A DNA stretch of 64,000 bases from Candidatus Anstonellales archaeon (lineage in GTDB: Archaea > Micrarchaeota > Micrarchaeia > Anstonellales > J096). The position numbers were made by a program, and so were the translations under genes. The stretch lies in contig JAWACY010000002.1 in assembly GCA_038896535.1 (NCBI GenBank), forward strand, positions 14,473 to 78,472, written 5' to 3'. The notes beneath the pieces are model-generated. The model searched no databases. It saw only the letters and a list, made by a program, of their open reading frames with translations, and was not told the origin of the DNA. This document shows, in pieces, positions 9,703 to 18,733 of the stretch (its first letter is position 1; the number at the start of each line of letters is the position of its first letter).

Positions 9703-10692
9703 CTACTTTTTTATTGTTAGTTCTTCAATGATAAGTGGCATCATGTCTATTCTGTAATTTGTTATTGGTTTTAATTTTTTTATATCATGAAAACCAAATG
9801 TCCTTGCTATTTCATAACCAGCATATGCTATCATAGCCCCATTGTCTCTATTAAATTCATCCCTTGCTGTGCCAAATTTGACATTATTTTCATCTGCAAT
9901 GCTTTTCATAATTTCCTGTAATCTTTTGTTTTGGGCGACTCCCCCGCATAGTATTATGCCCTTTGCCTTTTTTAAGTGCAATGCCCTTTCTGTTATTTCT
10001 GCTAGCATATAAAAAGCAGTTTCAAATAAAGAGAAAGAAACATCTTCAATGCTGTGTTTTTGGAGTGCTTTCAATGCAGCAGTTAAAAGCCCGCCATATT
10101 GAATATTCATACCTTTTACAGTATATGGAAGCTCTATGAACTTACCATTTTCAGCATATTTTAAAAGCTGTACAGCATTAGCTGGCCTTATGCCAGCCTT
10201 TCTAGCAAATGTATCAAATAAATTACCAACGCTTATATCAAGTGTCTCTCCAAGCACTTCATAAAAATTATTGCTTGCTTTATATAGAAGTTGTGTATTG
10301 CCCCCGCTTGTATATAATATTACTGCATCATTAATGCCAGTATCATATTCTGCTATTTTTATATGTGCATAAGGATGGTTAACCCCAACTATGGCTTTTT
10401 TATAATAACTTGCTAAGAATTTTGCAATGCTGACTGTAAAAGATAATGGTGCTCCTATGCCAGGGCCTTGAGAAACTGCTATTAAATCAATATTATCAAT
10501 GCCTATATTGGCATTCAAAAGTGCTTTATTCATTACACTCGCAAAATTTAATGCATGATGGTCAGCAGCTTCTCTTGGCAATAAACCTTCATATGCTGTA
10601 TAAGTTGAGTAAACATTGCTTATTACTTTTCCTTGTTTTACTATGCCAACTCCTATTGTATGTGCCGTTCCTTCTATACCAAGCACGTTCAT
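9703..10692 (-). CDS. kae1: tRNA N6-adenosine threonylcarbamoyltransferase Kae1
   Basis: MNVLGIEGTAHTIGVGIV, GVNHPYAHI and CGGVAQNKRL form the Kae1/TsaD ASKHA-fold pattern. The protein is 329 aa with no Bud32 fusion. The gene ends in TAG. Confidence 0.9.
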   Translation of the reverse strand: MNVLGIEGTAHTIGVGIVKQGKVISNVYSTYTAYEGLLPREAADHHALNFASVMNKALLNANIGIDNIDLIAVSQGPGIGAPLSFTVSIAKFLASYYKKAIVGVNHPYAHIKIAEYDTGINDAVILYTSGGNTQLLYKASNNFYEVLGETLDISVGNLFDTFARKAGIRPANAVQLLKYAENGKFIELPYTVKGMNIQYGGLLTAALKALQKHSIEDVSFSLFETAFYMLAEITERALHLKKAKGIILCGGVAQNKRLQEIMKSIADENNVKFGTARDEFNRDNGAMIAYAGYEIARTFGFHDIKKLKPITNYRIDMMPLIIEELTIKK

Positions 10693-10722
10693 ATCAATAT
10701 ATTTTAATCACATCTATTTAAA

Positions 10723-12117
10723 ATGATAAGTGATAATACAAGAAAGAATATCACAAAAAGCAAGAAAACAAAAAGCAAGAGAAAAGCTTTTAAAATTTCG
10801 CCAAGAAATGCATCCATGGCAGGAAAAATTGAATGGTATGAAGAGTTTCATAAACCTGAATACAAGCCAGCAAAGGATGACCTTGTTTGTTTATTTTATT
10901 ATGAGGCTGATAAAGGCATTAGCGTAAAAGAAGCAGTAGGCAGAATAGCAAGTGAGAGCAGCACAGGAACATGGACAACATTGGCAAAGCTTCCAGCAAG
11001 AATGAAAAAGTTAATGGCAAAAGCATTTGAAGTTAGGGGCAATTATGTTAAGGTTGCTTACCCAATTGATTTATGGGATAAAGGCAATATACCGCAATTA
11101 TTATCTGGAATAGCAGGCAATATATTTGGTATGAAGGCTGTAAAAAATTTGAGATTAATAGATGTTAGTTTACCAAGAGATTACATAAAGCACTTTAAGG
11201 GTCCATGGGCTGGCATTGATGAAGTTAAGAAGAGATTAAAAATAAAAGAAAAAAGGCCGATATTTGGAGCTGTGCCGAAGCCAAAAATAGGTTTTTCTGC
11301 TGCTGAACATGCAAAGATTGGTTATGAAACATGGATGGGCGGTTTTGATATTGTAAAAGATGATGAAAATCTGACTTCCACAAACTTTAACAGGTTTGAG
11401 GATAGGGTAAAATTGCTTACAAAAACAAGGGAAAAAGCAGAAAAAGAAACAGGCGATCTTAAGAGCGCATTCATAAATATAACAGGCCCAGTTAAAGTAA
11501 TGGAACAAAGAGCAAAAATGCTTTATGATTATGGCTGGGAATATGCAATGATTGATGTAGTTGTAACAGGATTTGCTGCTGTACAGCATATGAGAGATGT
11601 TTGTAATGATTACAAATTATTTATCCATGCCCATAGGGCAATGCATGCTGCAATGGATAGAAATCCAAAGCATGGAGTTAGCATGTGGTTCTTAGCAAAA
11701 ATGTTTAGGCTTGCAGGTGTTAATAATTTACATTGTGGCACAGGGGTTGGAAAGCTTGAAAGCCCATTTGAAGAAGTATTAAGAATTGCAGATACATTAA
11801 GAGAAAAGCATGTAAAGCAAAGAGAGCTTTTGCTTGAACAGGATTGGGCGCATATTAAAGATGTTTTCCCAACCGTATCTGGAGGAGTACATCCTGGAAT
11901 AATGCCCCCAATATTAGATAAAGTCGGTGGAGACAGAGTTATATTCCTTGTTTCTGGTGGCATTCATGGCCATCCAAAAGGAACAAGGGCAGGAGCAAAA
12001 GCAGCTATACAGGCATTTGAAGCATGGAAAATGGGCGTAAGTTTAGAAGAGTATGCAAAAACACATAAGGAGTTGGCACAAGCTCTTGAGAAATGGGGAC
12101 ATTATAAGCCCAAATAA
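10723..12117 (+). CDS. rbcL: Ribulose-1,5-bisphosphate carboxylase large subunit, form III-like
   Basis: Motifs present are GTWTT, GNIFGMKAV, PKPKIG, GGFDIVKDDENL (KDDE with the carbamylated Lys), HAHRAMHAA, GTGVGKLE and SGGIHGHP. The likely true start is the ATG at 10816 (MAGKIEWYEEF). Confidence 0.9.
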   Translation: MISDNTRKNITKSKKTKSKRKAFKISPRNASMAGKIEWYEEFHKPEYKPAKDDLVCLFYYEADKGISVKEAVGRIASESSTGTWTTLAKLPARMKKLMAKAFEVRGNYVKVAYPIDLWDKGNIPQLLSGIAGNIFGMKAVKNLRLIDVSLPRDYIKHFKGPWAGIDEVKKRLKIKEKRPIFGAVPKPKIGFSAAEHAKIGYETWMGGFDIVKDDENLTSTNFNRFEDRVKLLTKTREKAEKETGDLKSAFINITGPVKVMEQRAKMLYDYGWEYAMIDVVVTGFAAVQHMRDVCNDYKLFIHAHRAMHAAMDRNPKHGVSMWFLAKMFRLAGVNNLHCGTGVGKLESPFEEVLRIADTLREKHVKQRELLLEQDWAHIKDVFPTVSGGVHPGIMPPILDKVGGDRVIFLVSGGIHGHPKGTRAGAKAAIQAFEAWKMGVSLEEYAKTHKELAQALEKWGHYKPK

Positions 12118-12450
12118 AAGACCAAAATCTTTTTTATTTTTCTTTTCTTCTCACTCAAAATTTATTAGCCAATATAACGCCAATATAATGCACCAATCTG
12201 TGCCAATCTAGGAATTTATTTATGTGTATGGGCAATATCATTAATAATGGTAACATCATTATGTAATGGCGATGTAATGCAACCTGTTATATTATGTTAT
12301 ATCGCATTATTATACCATTATAAAGGGTAAAATTATACATAGTAGGATAAGACCATGTAAATTATTTTTAAATTTATTCTGCATATATTTTATGATTGGG
12401 GTGGGAGGATAAACAGGTTAATACTTGAGGCAGAGGATTATAAAAATACA

Positions 12451-14439
12451 TTGAAAAAATTGCTAATAAAATGTAAAGGCAGGTTGGACAGGCAATTGCA
12501 TAAAGCAGAAACAAATGCAAGCAATTTAAAAAAAGACATAACGAAAAAAGGCACAAATGAAAAAGATATAAATGAAAAAGGCACAATTGAAAAAGACATA
12601 AAAATGGCCAGTGCTATATTAGGAAAAATATTTGAAATAGATAGGAGCGAAAATATCAGGAATTTCAAGAAATCATTAAATAAATTAGTAGATATGCTAG
12701 TTTTTTATAACCCCACTTTAATGTTTTATAATAATGAGCAAAAACATCTTTTTAAAATTTCGGCGCTTTTTGATGACTTTCTTTTATACTTGTTTAAAGA
12801 TGGAATAAAAGATGAGTTGCCAAATTTAAGGGCTTATCATGTTATATTAAAACATATTATAATCGATGCCTTAGGCATAAGCAATATTTTGCATGGCAAT
12901 GATAAAAGTATTTATCTTGACTATGATTTTAATTCAGGGCTAAGGCAGAAATTTGAGTCAAATATGGAACTTTCTTTAATAACATATTATGGACCTGAAT
13001 ATTTAATAAAACCAGAAATATGTAATATGGCTAACTTGGGAAAGAAACAAGAGCATTTATTTAGCTTTGAATATGACAAAGAACTTGATTTATATAATTT
13101 ATCATATAGAGAAGAAAGCATAAAAAACCCTGTAATTCTTATAATGGCATTGAATGTTGCTTATTATAATGGCATAAAAAGATTTCGTGTTAAATATGAG
13201 CCAGTAAAAGCCGAATTTTCTCAAAGCATGAATGAAATTTGGTTAAAATATGAGAGATTGCTAAATCTAATGTGCAAGGCAAGAGATTACAAAAAAGAAA
13301 ATAAGGAGCTGATTTTAGAGGCACATGCTTTTTTTGCAGGCAACTGTTTATTTTATACTCCATCATTAGCATTTGATATAAATAAAGCAGCTTTAGTAAG
13401 GCATAACAGCATTGCTTATATTAATGATTACAAAAACAAGTTTAAATTGGATGGCAATTTTATAAAAGCCTTAGATGATATTTATTCCAATTTATTCTTT
13501 AATAATAATGACTTAACTTTATCAGCAATTGATAAATGCTTTTCCTCAATACAATTGCCAATTTACGCAAGAAAGAGGGTAGAAAATTTTATAAGCCATT
13601 TAATTAACCAAAATGACGGAATAAAATTAAAAAAGCATGAGCTTCACAAATTTATTTTATCAGAAAAAGAGGAAACTGCATTTTGGCTTTGTTATGCTGA
13701 TGCAGTCTGTGATTTAATTGAGCAAAATATAAGAGCAAGGGAGTTAGAAGGATATGAAATATTTTTGCACAATCTTAAGATAATAAGAATTTTCATTGAT
13801 CTGTTGAATGAAAAAACAACTTTTACTAATCTTATATTAGACAAAATAAAAAAAAGGCACAGTAGATTAGAATTAGATAATATGATGAATGGCGATTTTT
13901 CATTCATACTCAAAAATAATATGGTTGATATTATACCAATCTATGTAGAATTCCATAAAGGCTTCATAGATTTTAATGAGATTAAAGAAGCAATTAAAAA
14001 AAGCGACCGCACGAAATTTATGAAATCTATTATTGAATATACAGCAGCCTCTCTTTACATAAAGAAATTGATTAAGAATAAGTCAGGAATATGTGATAAT
14101 TACTCATTTGTAGAATTTTTAGTTTCTCTGCACGATTCAGATAATAATTCGCGATTAAAAGCAACGGATGAATTCTTAGAAGCAATAAAGGAATTTGCAA
14201 ACAAATCTATTTTTAATTTTATAGAACTAACTGACCTTATTGTTTCTTATAAACTTAAAAAATTTTATAAAGAGCTGAGAGACTTATTTTTGGATTATAA
14301 AGGCATGAAAAAATTCATGATCTTTGTGCATTTACTAAACCCAAGAGGGATAAAGAAAGTATTGGTAAGGGCTTTATACAAAAATGACTTAGAAAGGATA
14401 GAACAAGAACTGAAACAATCTAAATATAATCAATATTAA
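12451..14439 (+). CDS. Hypothetical protein (up to 662 aa)
   Basis: This is a long ORF. The track start is TTG and the first ATG in frame is at 12604 (MASAILGK). No catalytic motif was recognised. Confidence 0.5.
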   Translation: MKKLLIKCKGRLDRQLHKAETNASNLKKDITKKGTNEKDINEKGTIEKDIKMASAILGKIFEIDRSENIRNFKKSLNKLVDMLVFYNPTLMFYNNEQKHLFKISALFDDFLLYLFKDGIKDELPNLRAYHVILKHIIIDALGISNILHGNDKSIYLDYDFNSGLRQKFESNMELSLITYYGPEYLIKPEICNMANLGKKQEHLFSFEYDKELDLYNLSYREESIKNPVILIMALNVAYYNGIKRFRVKYEPVKAEFSQSMNEIWLKYERLLNLMCKARDYKKENKELILEAHAFFAGNCLFYTPSLAFDINKAALVRHNSIAYINDYKNKFKLDGNFIKALDDIYSNLFFNNNDLTLSAIDKCFSSIQLPIYARKRVENFISHLINQNDGIKLKKHELHKFILSEKEETAFWLCYADAVCDLIEQNIRARELEGYEIFLHNLKIIRIFIDLLNEKTTFTNLILDKIKKRHSRLELDNMMNGDFSFILKNNMVDIIPIYVEFHKGFIDFNEIKEAIKKSDRTKFMKSIIEYTAASLYIKKLIKNKSGICDNYSFVEFLVSLHDSDNNSRLKATDEFLEAIKEFANKSIFNFIELTDLIVSYKLKKFYKELRDLFLDYKGMKKFMIFVHLLNPRGIKKVLVRALYKNDLERIEQELKQSKYNQY

Positions 14440-14486
14440 AAATACTCCATACCAATATTCCAATAAAGAAACATACACGAACTTAT

Positions 14487-15173
14487 ATGTTTTTAAACTC
14501 TTTTGTCCAAGTTTTAAAAGGTGGGAATTTGCAGTTAAAATTACTAAATGGGAATATTATTTTAATAGGCAAAGATGGAGAAAAACAAATAAAAATATTA
14601 AGAGGGCAGGAATTTTCATCTTGGTTTGAAGATGGATATGGAGATAAGCATATGTTTTTAAAATACAGATGGGGAAAAAGCCATAATGCTCAATGCGATG
14701 ATTGCGGATTCTTTGATTTAAAAAATGGCGTATTTTCTATTTTTGATGGAGTGACAAATGTTGCTGGAAAAGAGCCGGGATTTGGCGGTAAGCAAGCATT
14801 TGAGCTTGCCCAATCAATGCCCATGTTTATTAACCTGCTTATAAGTTGCAAAGATTTTAAAGTAGCAATAGATGGATTTATAAAAAAGAATGGCAGGAAA
14901 AAAAGCACAGCAGTTATTGTATGGCTCGATAAAGATAAAGGCATGTTTCATGCTTTTTCTGTAGGAGATTCAAAATTTGTTATCGGGGATATAGAAAATG
15001 ATGATTCATTAATATTTGATGAGCAAGGCAGTGCACTGATTTTTGGAGATGAAATTGCGCACAGATTTTATTCAGGCCCAATAAAAGCTGGCTCAACATT
15101 AGTCATGTTCACAGACGGCTATTTAAACCCAGAAGACGATTTAATACACGTCGAATATGAGATAAAATATTAA
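14487..15173 (+). CDS. PP2C/SpoIIE-like protein phosphatase domain protein
   Basis: VFSIFDGVTN, STAVIVWLDKDKGMFHAFSVGDSKFVI and LVMFTDGYLN match the ordered PP2C metal-binding motifs (DG..., GDS..., DG...). Confidence 0.5.
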   Translation: MFLNSFVQVLKGGNLQLKLLNGNIILIGKDGEKQIKILRGQEFSSWFEDGYGDKHMFLKYRWGKSHNAQCDDCGFFDLKNGVFSIFDGVTNVAGKEPGFGGKQAFELAQSMPMFINLLISCKDFKVAIDGFIKKNGRKKSTAVIVWLDKDKGMFHAFSVGDSKFVIGDIENDDSLIFDEQGSALIFGDEIAHRFYSGPIKAGSTLVMFTDGYLNPEDDLIHVEYEIKY

Positions 15174-15268
15174 AGAAGGCGAAGGCTAGATAAGAAAAAA
15201 GGTAAAATATTAAAGATAAAACATTAAAGGAAGAATATCCTTATCTTTATCTTTTTCCTTATCATTAT

Positions 15269-15320
15269 TTTTCAAATTTTCAACATTTTTGCAAATTGCA
15301 ATTTTCAAATTTGTACGTTT
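15269..15320. repeat. Left copy of a perfect 52-bp direct repeat
   Basis: TTTTCAAATTTTCAACATTTTTGCAAATTGCAATTTTCAAATTTGTACGTTT is identical to 16559-16610. This copy overlaps the last five codons and the stop of the ATPase gene. Confidence 0.9.
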
Positions 15321-16522
15321 TCTAAATTTTGAATGCCTATTATTTCAATACCCTTCGCATGCTTTTTATCTAGCCTAACTTTTGTCTCAGGCATTGTTAT
15401 AACAATTTTTCTCTTTATTTTTAACTCAGTCTTGATTAACCATTTTATATCGTTTTTATCTATTGTCTTCCTCATTTTTACTTCTATTGCATTTGAATTT
15501 TTTATGAAGTCAATCTCTTTTCCCCTGTCATTCCAAAAGAATTCAGCATTTAACTTCCATGCAACTTCTGTTTCAGCGATTTTTGATAAATCTGTTTGGC
15601 TAACGTAATCTATTAGTGTTGTATAATATGGGTAATATTTTTTTGCCCTGACTTCAATTTTTCTAGGATTGTTGGAGAAATTATAAAGTTTCCTGATTAA
15701 AAAACTTTTTTCCAGTGCATTAATATAATGAGATGCTGTAATTCTGCTTATACCAAAATCTTTAGCAATGTCTGATATAGCCATTATTTGTCCAGGATCT
15801 CTGCATATTGTTTTAAAAATTCCCTCCAATATAGGCTGCTCATTTATGCTGTAAAATTTTTTTGCATCTTCATATATAACTTTTTTTACTATGCTGCTAA
15901 CATAATCATGGCTGTCTAAAGAGCTGTGTAAAGCAAGGCCAGGTAATTGTCTGTGCATATAAAACTTATAGTTTTCCCATTCTTGCTCTAATATATCAGA
16001 ATGCGCTTTCCCAGATAACATTAAATATTCATCAAATGATAATGGGTTTATTGATATATCTATGCTTCTTCCAGCCAGACTTTCATGCCCTTTTTTTATT
16101 TCAAGTGATGCTGAACCGCTTAAAAATATCTTTACGCCAATATTATCGTGCAATATTTTTATCTTACTTGCCCAGTTATTCAGATTTTGTACCTCATCAA
16201 AGAAAATAAAATAATTGCTTCCTTTGACTTTTTTGCCAATTATCTCCTCCCATGTTTTTATTATTTCTATTGGCTCATCTATTTCTTCATCAAAACTAAA
16301 AAATAGTATGTTCTTTCTTGAAAATCCCTCTGATATAAGATGGTTTATTAGCTGTTTCATTAATACAGTCTTTCCTACTCTTCTCGGGCCGTTAATAGTT
16401 AAAATAAGTGGAGTTGATAAATAAGAAACTAATTTCTTATATATGTGGCGTTTGAATGGATAATTATAGAAGAAATCATGCTCCCAATGTTGGTTTAAAA
16501 GCAATAAAATATCTTTAAGCAT
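15305..16522 (-). CDS. AAA+ ATPase, COG1373 / DUF4143-type
   Basis: Walker A is GPRRVGKT and Walker B-like is IFFDEVQ. The C-terminal region is typical of the archaeal AAA_14 plus DUF4143 family. The protein is 405 aa. Confidence 0.75.
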   Translation of the reverse strand: MLKDILLLLNQHWEHDFFYNYPFKRHIYKKLVSYLSTPLILTINGPRRVGKTVLMKQLINHLISEGFSRKNILFFSFDEEIDEPIEIIKTWEEIIGKKVKGSNYFIFFDEVQNLNNWASKIKILHDNIGVKIFLSGSASLEIKKGHESLAGRSIDISINPLSFDEYLMLSGKAHSDILEQEWENYKFYMHRQLPGLALHSSLDSHDYVSSIVKKVIYEDAKKFYSINEQPILEGIFKTICRDPGQIMAISDIAKDFGISRITASHYINALEKSFLIRKLYNFSNNPRKIEVRAKKYYPYYTTLIDYVSQTDLSKIAETEVAWKLNAEFFWNDRGKEIDFIKNSNAIEVKMRKTIDKNDIKWLIKTELKIKRKIVITMPETKVRLDKKHAKGIEIIGIQNLENVQI

Positions 16523-16558
16523 GTTAAAATAATATGATAAAGAATTTTTAAACCTATC

Positions 16559-16610
16559 TTTTCAAATTTTCAACATTTTTGCAAATTGCAATTTTCAAAT
16601 TTGTACGTTT
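16559..16610. repeat. Right copy of a perfect 52-bp direct repeat
   Basis: This copy is identical to 15269-15320. It lies 37 bp upstream of the ATPase start codon. Confidence 0.9.
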
Positions 16611-16694
16611 CTCCTATATGCGCAAATACGTTAAATTCGTTAATTTCATAAAATTTTGTAAAACATATTTAAATTTATACTGAATATTAATGAT

Positions 16695-17798
16695 GTGTCA
16701 AAATTCTTAATATCTGTTCCGGGAAAAGTGCTTTTGCTTGGTGGTTATGCGGTTTTACTAGGCAAAAAGGGCTTTGCACTTGCTTTGAATGATAATAAAG
16801 GGCTCGGTTTTCTTGCTGAAGCGTATAATAGTGCAAAAGAGGAAATTAAAAGCAGTTATTTTTATGCAGATTTAAGTTGTAAAGAAGATATAGAAAATTA
16901 CAAACATGAACCAGCAGTTTTCTCTTATTTGATTGCTAAAGAATGGCATATGAAGAAGTTCAAGAAATTTAAAAAGGCGAGGATTGACATAAAGGGAAAT
17001 AAAATATTTGGAATTCAGAATGCAAAAACAGGGCTTGGAGGATCAGCATGCAGTATTGTTTCATCTATAATGTCAGTTTTTGCTGTCAATGAAACGATTT
17101 ATGAGTTTTTGAATGATGCCCATGGTCTTTGCTTTAAGTCAGCATTCATGCTTAATAAAAATGCAAGCGGTTATGATATAGCAACATCTCTTTATGGAAC
17201 ATGCATTTATAGGAAATACATGAAAAAGGATAAGAAAGGAGGCATTTTTAATGCTGTTAATATAAAATGCAATGAATTAAAGCAAAATTTTCTTATATTG
17301 AACATAAAAGGAAAGTCAACAGATACAAAGAAAAGCATAAGTGCATTTATGCAAGCTCTTGAAGAAAGAGGGGGAGGTGTGAAAAAGGTTATAAACCAGC
17401 AAAGTTTAATAGAGCACGAGATCATGAAATTATTTATTCAAGACAATGAAAATAGAGGCCAAAATTATTTTGACATGAAAGCCATGAGCTATAAGCTAAT
17501 TGACAAAAAAAGAGAACTTAATAAATTTATGTTAAAATATGGAGCAGATGAGGTTGTGCCAGATGAAGTTTATGGGTTTTTGAAGAATTTAAGGGAATTA
17601 AAAGCAATTTCTGGTTGTTTTATTACCGGAGCAGGAGGATACGATAATATAGCAATTATATTAAATAAGCATGCATTAAAAGGCTTGAAAGCATTTGATA
17701 AGCTAAAAGATGAGATAATATCAAAATCTGAGTTTGATATTGAATTTTTAGATGTAATGCAAGATAATAGCGGGGCCAGATTTTATGAAATACAATAA
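16695..17798 (+). CDS. Phosphomevalonate kinase-like GHMP kinase (ERG8 type)
   Basis: The N-terminal SVPGKVLLLGGYAVL resembles the ERG8 motif APGK.LLAGGYLVL. The GHMP motif KTGLGGSACS is present. The start is GTG, and the gene overlaps mvk by 14 nt. Confidence 0.6.
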   Translation: MSKFLISVPGKVLLLGGYAVLLGKKGFALALNDNKGLGFLAEAYNSAKEEIKSSYFYADLSCKEDIENYKHEPAVFSYLIAKEWHMKKFKKFKKARIDIKGNKIFGIQNAKTGLGGSACSIVSSIMSVFAVNETIYEFLNDAHGLCFKSAFMLNKNASGYDIATSLYGTCIYRKYMKKDKKGGIFNAVNIKCNELKQNFLILNIKGKSTDTKKSISAFMQALEERGGGVKKVINQQSLIEHEIMKLFIQDNENRGQNYFDMKAMSYKLIDKKRELNKFMLKYGADEVVPDEVYGFLKNLRELKAISGCFITGAGGYDNIAIILNKHALKGLKAFDKLKDEIISKSEFDIEFLDVMQDNSGARFYEIQ

Positions 17799-18699
17799 AG
17801 TTAAATCTGCTGGCATGGGAAAAATCATTTTATTTGGAGAGCATTTTGTTGTTTATGGTAAAAAAGGAATAGTAATGCCATTAACTGATTGCATAAGTGT
17901 TGAATTAGAATTTAATAATGGAGAAAAAGATATTATAAAGCCAGCTGGATGGAATAATAAAAAAACAAGAGATGCTTTGAATTATATAAAAAATGCATTT
18001 AACATAAGAAATGGGCTTAATATAAGGATAAATGAATTAATGCCTTCAAGATCAGGCCTTGGTAGTTCTGCTGCTTTTTGTGTTGCTCTTGTAAAGGCTT
18101 TATACAGAATACAGGGCATTGGATCTGATGGGCATAAGATTAAAGAAGAGATAAATAGGCATGCATATGAAATGGAAAAATTTTATCATGGCAATCCATC
18201 AGGGATTGACAATACAGCATCTGTATATGAAAAAGCTTTTATATTCGAGAAAGGCAAAAGGCCGATATTGATTAATAATAACTTAAGCCTTGATTTTGTA
18301 ATATGTATTTTACCAAGAGAGAAGGATACAAAATCAATAGTGCAAGACGTTAAAGCATTGAGTGAAAGCAAGCCATTTTATTTTGATAACATTTTGTCTA
18401 TTTATGATAAAATATTTGATATTGGGCTATATGGAATAAAAAATAGGGATAAAAGTATTATAGGCAATGCAATGAATATGAATCAAGAAATTTTAGCAGA
18501 TATTGGAGTTTCAAATAAAAATATTGAAATGCTCAGGCATATAGCATTAGACAATGGCTGTTATGGAGCAAAACTTTCTGGAGCTGGAAGAGGAGGGGCC
18601 TTTATATCTTTATGCAAAAATAGGAGGCATGCTGAAATAATGGGCAGGATATTTAAAAAGCACGGCATAAGATGCTTTTTAAAGACTTTGAAAATATAA
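17785..18699 (+). CDS. mvk: Mevalonate kinase
   Basis: Motifs present are GKIILFGEHFVVYG, SGLGSSAAF and KLSGAGRGG. Confidence 0.85.
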   Translation: MKYNKVKSAGMGKIILFGEHFVVYGKKGIVMPLTDCISVELEFNNGEKDIIKPAGWNNKKTRDALNYIKNAFNIRNGLNIRINELMPSRSGLGSSAAFCVALVKALYRIQGIGSDGHKIKEEINRHAYEMEKFYHGNPSGIDNTASVYEKAFIFEKGKRPILINNNLSLDFVICILPREKDTKSIVQDVKALSESKPFYFDNILSIYDKIFDIGLYGIKNRDKSIIGNAMNMNQEILADIGVSNKNIEMLRHIALDNGCYGAKLSGAGRGGAFISLCKNRRHAEIMGRIFKKHGIRCFLKTLKI

Positions 18700-18733
18700 A
18701 TATTGCCTATTATATCATTAATAGGTTGATTGA

